Below the pieces are notes generated by a model. That model ran no database searches. It saw nothing but the letters and a program-made list of their open reading frames with translations, and was not told the DNA's origin. Shown piece after piece: positions 43,991 to 51,686 of a DNA stretch of 64,000 nt. The stretch comes from an uncultured Candidatus Saccharibacteria bacterium (lineage in GTDB: Bacteria; Patescibacteriota; Saccharimonadia; Saccharimonadales; JAGQNJ01), in assembly GCA_964426845.1 (NCBI GenBank), contig CAYRSA010000003.1, forward strand, positions 70,751 to 134,750. Direction: 5' to 3'. The position numbers and the translations under genes were made by a program. The stretch's first letter is position 1; every line of letters begins with the position of its first letter.

Positions 43991-44679
43991 GAATCAAGTT
44001 CGGCAACTTTGTCACAGAACAGATTATAAAGGTATATCAATTTTCTTTGAATAGCAATATTACCGCAGGCTATCAGACACACGCCTTTGTAATGGCTATA
44101 GGTTGGCTTACCCTCTGTTCTATGGTCATAAGCGACGTACTTAAATTGCTTCAATGGAACTTTGAGCTCTTTCGACCAATAAGACTTTAACTCCTCTCCA
44201 TTTTGATCCATTCTAAGGTGTAAGTCGCAACGTAACATAGCTGGAGTAACCCCGTAGTTGCGTCGTAGCACAGCAAGCATAAATCGCAACATCTTAGGAT
44301 CCGAGCTACCCAAGGATGTTACGTCTTTTTTTGCACCCTCACCAAAGTAGAGCATGGCAAATGCCAGGTCCAGGACATCGTCATTTAGCTCAATACGGCT
44401 TAAAACTTCGGTTGCTGCTGACTTTGCTTCCAGAAGGCGTAGTGCCTTTTGGGCACGATGAGCCTCCGCCGACTTGATTCGAGCTTTCTGCCATCCATCT
44501 CGACTATTCTGTATTAATCTAGTGCGCTGTGCCTCTGTTAACTGAATGGCTTTAAACCAACCCGAAAGGGTGGATCGGGGGATGCCCAGCTGCCGTTCAA
44601 TAACCGTCATTGACACGCCTGTTTGACGCATAGTCATTGCCTGATTTTTATACTCGAACCACCTGGATTTCATGATCAC
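43981..44679 (-). CDS. HTH + LAGLIDADG-like endonuclease-domain protein
   Basis: 232 aa. N-terminal HTH (MTVIERQLGIPRSTLSGWF) and a LAGLIDADG-like segment (LDLAFAMLYFGEGAK). The stop overlaps the tRNA-Val 5' end by 10 nt. Confidence 0.45.
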   Translation of the reverse strand: MIMKSRWFEYKNQAMTMRQTGVSMTVIERQLGIPRSTLSGWFKAIQLTEAQRTRLIQNSRDGWQKARIKSAEAHRAQKALRLLEAKSAATEVLSRIELNDDVLDLAFAMLYFGEGAKKDVTSLGSSDPKMLRFMLAVLRRNYGVTPAMLRCDLHLRMDQNGEELKSYWSKELKVPLKQFKYVAYDHRTEGKPTYSHYKGVCLIACGNIAIQRKLIYLYNLFCDKVAELDSGT

Positions 44680-44914
44680 TTTAATGGTATCAAGACAAAA
44701 TTAAATCAAGGTTAACTCTGTGAGAAAAACTATCCACACCGATGTGGATAAACTAACACGAAAGTACTAGCATTATAGTACTAGCCTCCGTATACTCTCT
44801 TATTACAGGTGAAGTTTCCAGAGGTGTTAACTTCAGTGGTAACTTCCGAGAAGCCGATGAAAGAATCCGTGTCACATGCGAGATGACAGGGGTTCTTTTA
44901 TTTTGAGGCAGGTT

Positions 44915-44923
44915 TGATATACT
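44915..44923 (+). promoter_or_regulatory. Extended -10 box TGaTATACT for the thrS leader
   Basis: tgatatact at 44915-44923. The predicted transcription start is near 44930. Confidence 0.4.
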
Positions 44924-44929
44924 GTTACT

Positions 44930-45098
44930 AGGCATTGAGGCGGACTCACCACCCGTGGAGCCTCGTGAACAGTCCTGGATCTCACGTTAACAGAGCTAGT
45001 AAGAGTGAAAGATTTCGGTGGAACAGCCTGGAAACGGGCCCGGAACGCGCTACAACTTACATGTATTTGCGAGAATATGTAAGTGGCGCGTTCTTTTT
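44930..45098 (+). promoter_or_regulatory. T-box-like tRNA-Thr-sensing leader with terminator/antiterminator alternative
   Basis: The terminator is GAACGCGC...GCGCGUUC + UUUUU (45043-45098). The alternative antiterminator pairs UUUCG (45013-17) with CGGAA (45041-45) and GCC (45026-28) with GGC (45037-39), leaving a bulge GUGGAACA. UGGA (45019-22) can pair with the UCCA 3' end of a tRNA-Thr with discriminator U. ACC codons sit in the loop of the first hairpin (44948-44953). Confidence 0.5.
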
Positions 45099-45120
45099 AT
45101 TAACTCATTAGGAGACTTTT

Positions 45121-46959
45121 ATGGCCGAAGCCCCAGACAACTTACAAGCAATGCGACACTCACTGGCTCACATTATGGCTACGGCCCTGCAACACCTGTG
45201 GCCGGAGGTCAAACTAGGGGTTGGCCCAGCTATTAATGATGGCTTTTACTACGATATTGACCTTGGTGACGTCACTTTGTCTGAGGAAGATTTCCCGAAA
45301 ATTGAAAAAGCCATGCAAGAGGTGATTGCTGCTGATCAAAAGTTTGAGCAGTTCTATCTGACAATAGAGGAAGCCCTAGCTTGGTCTAAAGAGATGGATC
45401 AGCCCTTCAAGCACGAGTTGCTCAACGACCTAAAAAGGGCCGGCACCACTGTTGCCAAGGACCTAAACGAAGAAGAATTAGGTACAATTACTGACGGCGA
45501 TAGCAAAGTCGACCAAGTCTCTTTTTATAAAAACGGCCCTTTCAGTGATCTATGCCGGGGACCACATGTCGCCAGCACCGGCAAAGTTGGCGCTTTCAAG
45601 TTGATGAGAGTTTCTGGGGCCTACTGGCGCGGCAAAGAAGATAACGCCCAGATGCAGCGCATATATGGGGTGGCGTTTGCTAATGATAAAGAGCTTCGCC
45701 AACATCTGGCTATGCTGGAAGAAGCTAAGAAGCGAGATCATCGCAAGCTCGGGCAGGAACTCGATCTTTTCTTCATGCATCCAACGGCACCGGGCATGCC
45801 TTATTGGCTACCGAAAGGTACGATTCTATATAACGAACTGATTAGATTCTGGCGGGAAGAGCACGCCAAAAGAGACTACCAAGAGACAATTTCACCTCTG
45901 ATAAATAAGAAGGAGCTGTATCAGACCTCTGGACACTTCGACCACTATTGGGAAGAGATGTTTGTGGCCAAGACCGGCGAGGGCGAGGAGTACGGCCTGA
46001 AGGCTATGAATTGCCCAAATGCTATGCTGATTTTCAAGCACAAAAGCCATTCTTACCGCGACCTGCCTCTCCGTTATAGTGATACCGACACTCTGCATCG
46101 TAATGAGCTGTCAGGTACCCTGAATGGGCTTTTGCGAGTACGTGAATTTCGACAAGACGATGCCCATATTTTTGTTACCGAAGACCAGATCAAGGAGGAG
46201 TACAAGAATATTCTCGAGATAACCGAGCTGTTCTATTCGATTTTTGACATGAGCTACTCTTTACGCCTGGGAACCCGACCAGATAAGTTCATGGGAGACC
46301 CTAAATTATGGGACAGAGCCGAGCAGACATTGAAGGAAATCCTGGACGAGAGCGGCAAGGAATACACTATTCTCGAGGGCGATGGCGCTTTTTATGGGCC
46401 CAAGATTGATATCCTGATGACTGATGTACTGGGTCGACCTTGGCAGATGGGCACCATCCAGCTAGACTTCCAACAGCCCCTGAGGTTTGAGCTTAGTTAC
46501 GTCGACTCTGACGGTAGCGAGAAGACCCCAATCGCCATCCATCGAGTAATTTATGGATCGATGGAGCGCTTTATCGGAATATTAATCGAGCATTTTGCCG
46601 GCAAATTCCCAGTTTGGTTAGCCCCAGAACAGATTAGAATAGCCTCAGTTAACCAAGAGGATATCACCGTAAAGTGCGCCGAAGACATCTTGTCCAAAGC
46701 TAAAGAGATGGGTCTGCGGGCCACAGTCGATAACGGCAACGAGTCAGTCGGCAAGAAAATTCGCGATGCCGAAGTCCAGAAAGTGCCCTATACCCTGGTA
46801 ATAGGTGAGAAAGAAGTTGAATCTGGCAATGTCGTGCCGCGGGTTCGCAAAGATCTCTCAGTTCAAGAGGGCAGCCAAGCTATCAGCGTCGATGAGTTCC
46901 TAAAAACAGTGGCCCACGAAGCCAAAGCTCGGGTAACCCACACTTCACTCCATGGCTAA
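45121..46959 (+). CDS. thrS: Threonyl-tRNA synthetase
   Basis: 612 aa with class II core motifs (FRQDDAHIF, GTIQLDF) and a C-terminal anticodon-binding domain. Confidence 0.95.
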   Translation: MAEAPDNLQAMRHSLAHIMATALQHLWPEVKLGVGPAINDGFYYDIDLGDVTLSEEDFPKIEKAMQEVIAADQKFEQFYLTIEEALAWSKEMDQPFKHELLNDLKRAGTTVAKDLNEEELGTITDGDSKVDQVSFYKNGPFSDLCRGPHVASTGKVGAFKLMRVSGAYWRGKEDNAQMQRIYGVAFANDKELRQHLAMLEEAKKRDHRKLGQELDLFFMHPTAPGMPYWLPKGTILYNELIRFWREEHAKRDYQETISPLINKKELYQTSGHFDHYWEEMFVAKTGEGEEYGLKAMNCPNAMLIFKHKSHSYRDLPLRYSDTDTLHRNELSGTLNGLLRVREFRQDDAHIFVTEDQIKEEYKNILEITELFYSIFDMSYSLRLGTRPDKFMGDPKLWDRAEQTLKEILDESGKEYTILEGDGAFYGPKIDILMTDVLGRPWQMGTIQLDFQQPLRFELSYVDSDGSEKTPIAIHRVIYGSMERFIGILIEHFAGKFPVWLAPEQIRIASVNQEDITVKCAEDILSKAKEMGLRATVDNGNESVGKKIRDAEVQKVPYTLVIGEKEVESGNVVPRVRKDLSVQEGSQAISVDEFLKTVAHEAKARVTHTSLHG

Positions 46960-47551
46960 GCCAACCATTGCTATCGATATCGACGAAGTCCTATCACCTC
47001 TGCACGACCTGCTGTTTGCTCATCATAACCAGGTCTACGGTACAGATTACCCCTTAAGAGATCCGGCTGGGAGCTATTTCTTGCACGATTACACCGACGA
47101 GCCCAAAGATAAAGTGCTTGCCAAGATAAAAGACTTTGTCGAGAGCGAAGTTTTTAAGAATGTTTTACCCCTCGAATATGCGGTTGAAGTCTTGGCTAGG
47201 CTACAAAAGCGATTCCGGTTGGTTATCATCACCTCTAGACAGGACTTCTTTGAGGAGGTAACCCACGCCTGGCTGGCTCAGCACTTTCCCTCGGTGTTCG
47301 ATGAAGTTCAGTTCACAGAGTATATCCAGGGCGAGGGTTCTAAAGTGCCCAAGTCTAAGATTTGTCAGAGGGTAGGAGCACAGTACATGATTGAGGACAA
47401 TCTAGAGACGGCTACCGACTGTGCTAAGGCCGGGGTTAAGACCTTATTATTCGGCGACTACCCCTGGAATAAGGCCAAAGTTTTGCCCAAGAATATGGTT
47501 CGAGTTGAGGATTGGCCGGCTGTTGAGGAATACTTTCATGGAATCCGGTAG
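46952..47551 (+). CDS. HAD-superfamily nucleotidase-like hydrolase
   Basis: 199 aa. DxDxV motif (IAIDIDEVL), NT5C-like by eye. 8-nt overlap with thrS. Confidence 0.5.
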   Translation: MAKPTIAIDIDEVLSPLHDLLFAHHNQVYGTDYPLRDPAGSYFLHDYTDEPKDKVLAKIKDFVESEVFKNVLPLEYAVEVLARLQKRFRLVIITSRQDFFEEVTHAWLAQHFPSVFDEVQFTEYIQGEGSKVPKSKICQRVGAQYMIEDNLETATDCAKAGVKTLLFGDYPWNKAKVLPKNMVRVEDWPAVEEYFHGIR

Positions 47552-47843
47552 CTTTAAGGCCCAAATCTACGAGCTGGTTTCCCAGATTCCCAGAGGTAAA
47601 GTCATGACCTACGGCCAGATTGCTTATCTTTGTGGGCGGCCGAGGGCGGCTCGGATTGTTGGTGGAGTGGCTCACTTTGGCGACCCGGATTTGCCCTGGC
47701 AGAGGGTTGTCAAGAAGGATGGCGGCCTGGCCGAGGGTTATCCGGGTGGCACAGAGGGTCACAGGCAGGTTCTAGAGGGTGAAGGTGTCGACATCGACAC
47801 GAATTATCGCGTTGATATGGAGAAGCACCTGTGGCGACCGTAA
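47538..47843 (+). CDS. Alkyltransferase-like (ATL) protein, MGMT fold without the active-site Cys
   Basis: Start at ATG 47538 (MESGSFKAQIY). YGQIAYLCGRPRAARIVG is present, and PWQRV replaces the PCHRV active site. Confidence 0.7.
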   Translation: MESGSFKAQIYELVSQIPRGKVMTYGQIAYLCGRPRAARIVGGVAHFGDPDLPWQRVVKKDGGLAEGYPGGTEGHRQVLEGEGVDIDTNYRVDMEKHLWRP

Positions 47844-48610
47844 ATCCCTTGATTGTCATAGTTGGCGAGACGGCCTCCGGCAAGACGGCTCTGGGCATTC
47901 AGCTGGCTCAGAAATTCGACGGCGAGATTATCTGCGCTGACAGTCGGACTGTTTACCGGGGTATGGACATCGGCACTGCCAAACCAAGTAAGGAAGAGCA
48001 GGCTTTGGTGCCTCACCACCTGTTAGATATCCGCGATCCCGATGAGAACTACAATGTCGCCGAGTTTCAACACGATGCCAAGCAGCTAATAAAAGACATT
48101 GCTAACAGGGGGAAGTTACCCATTATGGTCGGCGGTAGCGGTCTTTATATCGATTCGGTCATTTATGACTATACATTCTCGCCAGAGAAGGCCAGGGATA
48201 CTATCAACCCTCGCCACACCGCTACCGGACTGGCTCCCGAGAACAAAACGCTACGTGCCAAAACCTTGATAGTTGGCGTCCAGCGCGACAAAGAGGATCT
48301 AGAACAACGCATTCGTCAGCGAGTTCAAAACATGCTCGACGCCGGACTCATCAAGGAAGTTCAGGCTCTAGTTCGTAAGTATGGGCAGGACAAGCAGGTG
48401 TTAAGCGGGGTGTGCTATCCATATTTTGCCGACTACCTAGCAGGACGCCTGAGTCTGGAGGAGGCTACCGAAAAATTCGTTCATGGCGATATGTTACTCG
48501 CCAAGAAACAGCGGACCTGGTTCAAGCGCAACAAAAGTATTCAATGGCTGAACGACCCCAGTAAAGTCGTAGCAATTACAACAACGTTTTTGAACAATTT
48601 GTCTAAGTAG
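47831..48610 (+). CDS. miaA: tRNA dimethylallyltransferase
   Basis: GTG start. P-loop GETASGKT and ADSRTVYRGMDIGTAKP are present. 259 aa. Confidence 0.85.
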   Translation: MATVNPLIVIVGETASGKTALGIQLAQKFDGEIICADSRTVYRGMDIGTAKPSKEEQALVPHHLLDIRDPDENYNVAEFQHDAKQLIKDIANRGKLPIMVGGSGLYIDSVIYDYTFSPEKARDTINPRHTATGLAPENKTLRAKTLIVGVQRDKEDLEQRIRQRVQNMLDAGLIKEVQALVRKYGQDKQVLSGVCYPYFADYLAGRLSLEEATEKFVHGDMLLAKKQRTWFKRNKSIQWLNDPSKVVAITTTFLNNLSK

Positions 48611-48612
48611 TC

Positions 48613-48621
48613 TGCTATACT
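48613..48621 (+). promoter_or_regulatory. Extended -10 box TGcTATACT 6 nt before ATG 48628 (leaderless-type)
   Basis: tgctatact-ataggc-ATG. Confidence 0.45.
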
Positions 48622-48627
48622 ATAGGC

Positions 48628-49215
48628 ATGATTGAACAACTGTTTGGGTCCAAAACTCGCGTCAAATTGCTACAGCTTTTTTACACAAACCCTAACCGAT
48701 CTTTCTATGTTCGGGAGATAACCCGCAAGATCGACGAACAAATTAACTCTGTACGGCGCGAGCTAGCTAACTTGCTTAGCATTGGCATAATCTCTTCTGA
48801 GGACAACGCCAACCGCCTGTACTACGAAGTTAATCAGGACTACGACTACTACGAGGCCTTGTCAGCTATATTCGGCGGCAAGAAAGTTTCTCCAGCCAAG
48901 ACAGTTAAGCCTAAAATGGACGACAGCTCGGATATCACCAGTATCGGAAACGTCGAGCTAGCCATCTATACTGGTCAATTTACCAGGGACGAAAGCGCAG
49001 GCATCGATATCCTGATAGTTGGTGACGTCAACCAGACCAAGACCCAGAAGTTCATAGACGAATTAGAAGTCACCGAAGGCAAGGAACTGCGTTTTACCAC
49101 TATGTCACGTAAGGAATTTGAATATCGACGACAGGTAAAGGATCGGTTCATCAATGGTGTCCTGGGCGCCAAAAGCCAAGTCTTAATCGACAAACATAAA
49201 CTGTTAGAAAAATAA
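48628..49215 (+). CDS. Winged-helix DNA-binding protein
   Basis: 195 aa with an N-terminal wHTH-like region (FYVREITRKIDEQINSVRRELANLLSIGII). Confidence 0.45.
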   Translation: MIEQLFGSKTRVKLLQLFYTNPNRSFYVREITRKIDEQINSVRRELANLLSIGIISSEDNANRLYYEVNQDYDYYEALSAIFGGKKVSPAKTVKPKMDDSSDITSIGNVELAIYTGQFTRDESAGIDILIVGDVNQTKTQKFIDELEVTEGKELRFTTMSRKEFEYRRQVKDRFINGVLGAKSQVLIDKHKLLEK

Positions 49216-49228
49216 GAGAGGGAAATAG

Positions 49229-49855
49229 ATGGAATTACAGTACTACGGTGGCAACTGCATCAGAATCAACACTAAAGAGGCTAGTATCGTTATCGACGAC
49301 AACCTGGAGGTTTTGGGACTGAAGTCAATTACTAAGAGTGACGACATTGTTCTGCGCACCACGTATCAAGACAAGCAAGACAAACAAGAGGTTCTGACTA
49401 TTGCTCAGCCAGGTGAATACGAGGTGTCCAAAGTGGCCATCCAAGGAATTCCAGCTCGAGCCCACATGGACGAGGAAGGCAAGCAGACAGCCACTATTTT
49501 CAAACTGACTACCCCTGAAATGCGTATTGCCGTGGTTGGCCACATCCATCCCGACCTAGGCGAAGCCGAGCTAGAGGCTATTGGTACAGTTGACCTACTA
49601 GTTATCCCAGTCGGTGGCGGTGGCTACACCCTGGACGCTACAGGAGCCTTGCAAGTAATAAAGAAGATTGAGCCGAAGGTCATCGTGCCGGTCCACTACG
49701 CCGACGCCAAGATCAAATACGAGGTACCTCAGGCTGAACTAGCCGATGTCCTCAAGAATCTCAGTATGGAAGTCCACGAGACTGTGCCCAAGCTAAAGCT
49801 CAAAGCCAGCGACTTGACCGAGGCAACTCAGCTGATTGTTGTCGAGCGACAATAA
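49229..49855 (+). CDS. MBL-fold hydrolase-like protein
   Basis: 208 aa, UPF0173/UlaG-like by eye (MELQYYGGNCIRI.., VVGHIHPD). Confidence 0.45.
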   Translation: MELQYYGGNCIRINTKEASIVIDDNLEVLGLKSITKSDDIVLRTTYQDKQDKQEVLTIAQPGEYEVSKVAIQGIPARAHMDEEGKQTATIFKLTTPEMRIAVVGHIHPDLGEAELEAIGTVDLLVIPVGGGGYTLDATGALQVIKKIEPKVIVPVHYADAKIKYEVPQAELADVLKNLSMEVHETVPKLKLKASDLTEATQLIVVERQ

Positions 49856-49856
49856 G

Positions 49857-50087
49857 TTATTTTTCTACAGGGTTGAGGTTGGCAACGTTACTGCCGGGTA
49901 CGATAACGCCCTTTTTCTTAAGGGTACGGATAGCTTGGGTGCTAAGCTTCATCTTAACTTTTCGGCCGTCGATAACTAGAGTCTTGGTCTGAAGGTTAGG
50001 CTTCCAGACTTTCTTAGTGCGACGCAAAGAAAAGCTCACATTGTGGCCGTATTGCTTGCCTTTGCCGGTTAGATCACACTTTTGCAT
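49857..50087 (-). CDS. rpmB: 50S ribosomal protein L28
   Basis: MQKCDLTGKGKQYGHNVSFSLRRTKKVWKPNLQ. ATG at 50087 is preferred over the listed start at 50099. Confidence 0.85.
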   Translation of the reverse strand: MQKCDLTGKGKQYGHNVSFSLRRTKKVWKPNLQTKTLVIDGRKVKMKLSTQAIRTLKKKGVIVPGSNVANLNPVEK

Positions 50088-50154
50088 AACGAGAATCAAT
50101 TGTATCTGTTTTTACCTCTAGAGTCAACTCCTATCCGTTGGGCAGATACTTCGC

Positions 50155-50160
50155 TATAAT
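50155..50160 (+). promoter_or_regulatory. -10 box TATAAT 6 nt before ATG 50167 (leaderless-type)
   Basis: gctataat-aggcta-ATG. Confidence 0.4.
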
Positions 50161-50166
50161 AGGCTA

Positions 50167-50796
50167 ATGCTTGAGAGTATAAACTTGTTTCAAATCGCGG
50201 TACTACTAATAAGTTTGTTACTCGCGGTCAGTTTGCACGAAGCCATGCACGGATATGCCGCATATTGGTTAGGGGACACAACTGCTCACCAGGCCGGCAG
50301 ATTGACGCTTAACCCCTTAAAACATATAGACATTTTGACAACAGTTTTACTCCCTTTGGGTCTAATCCTGCTAGGACTACCACCATTCTTCATTGCCAAA
50401 CCGGTGCCCTTCAATCCCTGGAATGTCCGTTATGCTGAGTACGGAGTGGCTATTATTGGCTTGGCCGGTCCTGCCACTAACTTGGTTTTGGCGACTGTGA
50501 CGGCCATTGTCGTTCAATTGTCTGGCATTGCTGTGGGCACAGATGTATTCTTTGCCTTATCTACTTTCATTCAGATCAACATTGCCTTGTTCGTCTTCAA
50601 CCTGATTCCGTTCCCACCGCTAGACGGCTCAAGGGTATTGTATGCTTTCGCCCCCGAGCCAGTCCAAAAGGTGATGCAACAGATTGAAAGCCTAGGCTTG
50701 ACGGCTATCGTCGTTTTCATGTTCCTGCTATTCCCGTTACTCGGGCCGCTTGTGATAAATATCAATGAGTTTTTCTACACTCTACTTTTAGGATAG
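50167..50796 (+). CDS. Site-2 protease family (M50) membrane metalloprotease
   Basis: HEAMH (HExxH) lies in a TM helix, and the second motif is NLIPFPPLDG. 209 aa. Confidence 0.7.
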   Translation: MLESINLFQIAVLLISLLLAVSLHEAMHGYAAYWLGDTTAHQAGRLTLNPLKHIDILTTVLLPLGLILLGLPPFFIAKPVPFNPWNVRYAEYGVAIIGLAGPATNLVLATVTAIVVQLSGIAVGTDVFFALSTFIQINIALFVFNLIPFPPLDGSRVLYAFAPEPVQKVMQQIESLGLTAIVVFMFLLFPLLGPLVININEFFYTLLLG

Positions 50797-50811
50797 GTGT
50801 ATAATTGGGGT

Positions 50812-50958
50812 AGCTGAGTATTAAGCAGCGAGCCAACAATGATTATCTAACACTATCATTGAGGAATCTCAATATCAGATCTTGCCTTAGGCGGGTGAAT
50901 GCGAGGATCCACCTGGGTTAACCAGATTTTCATACGGCTTGCCCACGCTCAGCTTTTT
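50812..50958 (+). ncRNA. Candidate structured small RNA (unknown class)
   Basis: Extended -10 TGTATAAT at 50798-50805. A closing helix pairs AGCUGAG..GCGAGCC near 50813-50835 with GGCUUGC..CUCAGCU near 50936-50954, followed by UUUUU. Internal hairpins are CAAUGAU..AUCAUUG and CUGG..CCAG. No ORF. Confidence 0.35.
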
Positions 50959-51009
50959 ATTCGCTACGCGGAGTTGATATAAGCTATCTAAGATGTTATA
51001 ATACTACAT

Positions 51010-51288
51010 ATGAGTGAGCAACTATCGGCATACGATCACCTACAGCTATGGGCCGGACGAAGGATGTTGCGCGAAAACAACAGGGGGCAGATGCTACGCT
51101 CCGCAACAATTCTTACGGGGATGGTGTTGATGATAACTATAGACACAACAAACACAGACGTTGATATGTGTGCTTACACTATTGAAGGCTCCAGAGATTC
51201 TCTGGTAGAGGCAATCGGTTCGTTTGAGCCAAGCCTAGAAGGCACCAAAGACCTTATGCAACTTGAGTGTACGCCGTCAATTGGCTGA
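51010..51288 (+). CDS. Hypothetical protein
   Basis: 92 aa. TGtTATAAT at 50994-51002 lies 7 nt before the ATG. I recognise no motif. Confidence 0.35.
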   Translation: MSEQLSAYDHLQLWAGRRMLRENNRGQMLRSATILTGMVLMITIDTTNTDVDMCAYTIEGSRDSLVEAIGSFEPSLEGTKDLMQLECTPSIG

Positions 51289-51294
51289 TAACTC

Positions 51295-51370
51295 TGGTCG
51301 GGGTGACAGGACTTGAACCTGCGGTCTCGCGACCCCCAGCCGCGCGCTTTACCAACTAAGCTACACCCCG
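51295..51370 (-). tRNA. tRNA-Pro (anticodon GGG)
   Basis: Hand-folded, 76 nt. Acceptor CGGGGUG/CACCCCG, anticodon loop CUGGGGG. CCA is encoded. Confidence 0.9.
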
Positions 51371-51409
51371 AACCCGTCTACTGTAACAGAGAACATTGCT
51401 GAAGAGAAG

Positions 51410-51652
51410 TTGACAAAAGAAGGTGCTAATGCTAATATACTAGCCATGATTTCAAACATGGAAAGTGCCAATCCTGCCCATACCAGTCAGGTCAGACGTG
51501 TTGCCGCGGGGCTGGCACTTACAGTGGCGACGGCTATATCCGGGCCAGTCTACGATGCTCTGCCAGACCCAAGTCCCTCAGTTGACGATGTCGTCAAAGG
51601 GCTGAGTGACCTTATCTCCCGAGCACCAGATATAGATGAATCGGCTGGCTAA
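51410..51652 (+). CDS. Hypothetical protein
   Basis: 80 aa, TTG start. No recognisable motif. Confidence 0.3.
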   Translation: MTKEGANANILAMISNMESANPAHTSQVRRVAAGLALTVATAISGPVYDALPDPSPSVDDVVKGLSDLISRAPDIDESAG

Positions 51653-51686
51653 ACAATAACCACCGTAGCCGTGATACCATTAAGTA

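Noticed and set aside
31453-44751. Perfect DnaA-box 9-mers (TGTGGATAA at 31453-31461 and 44743-44751; an 8/9 match at 44730-44738) considered as an oriC signal, given gyrB at the window edge.
   Set aside because: There are too few boxes and they are dispersed. No dnaA or dnaN adjacency, AT-rich unwinding element or box cluster is present. The 44731-44750 pair is noted only as a palindrome in the LAGLIDADG-like gene's upstream spacer.
45018-45236. A 72-aa ORF upstream of and overlapping thrS.
   Set aside because: It lies in the structured thrS leader and terminator and runs out of frame into thrS. No RBS.
47421-47537. An N-terminal extension of the ATL ORF (listed start 47421).
   Set aside because: The extension overlaps the 3' end of the HAD-hydrolase gene in another frame. 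The conserved domain begins at ATG 47538.
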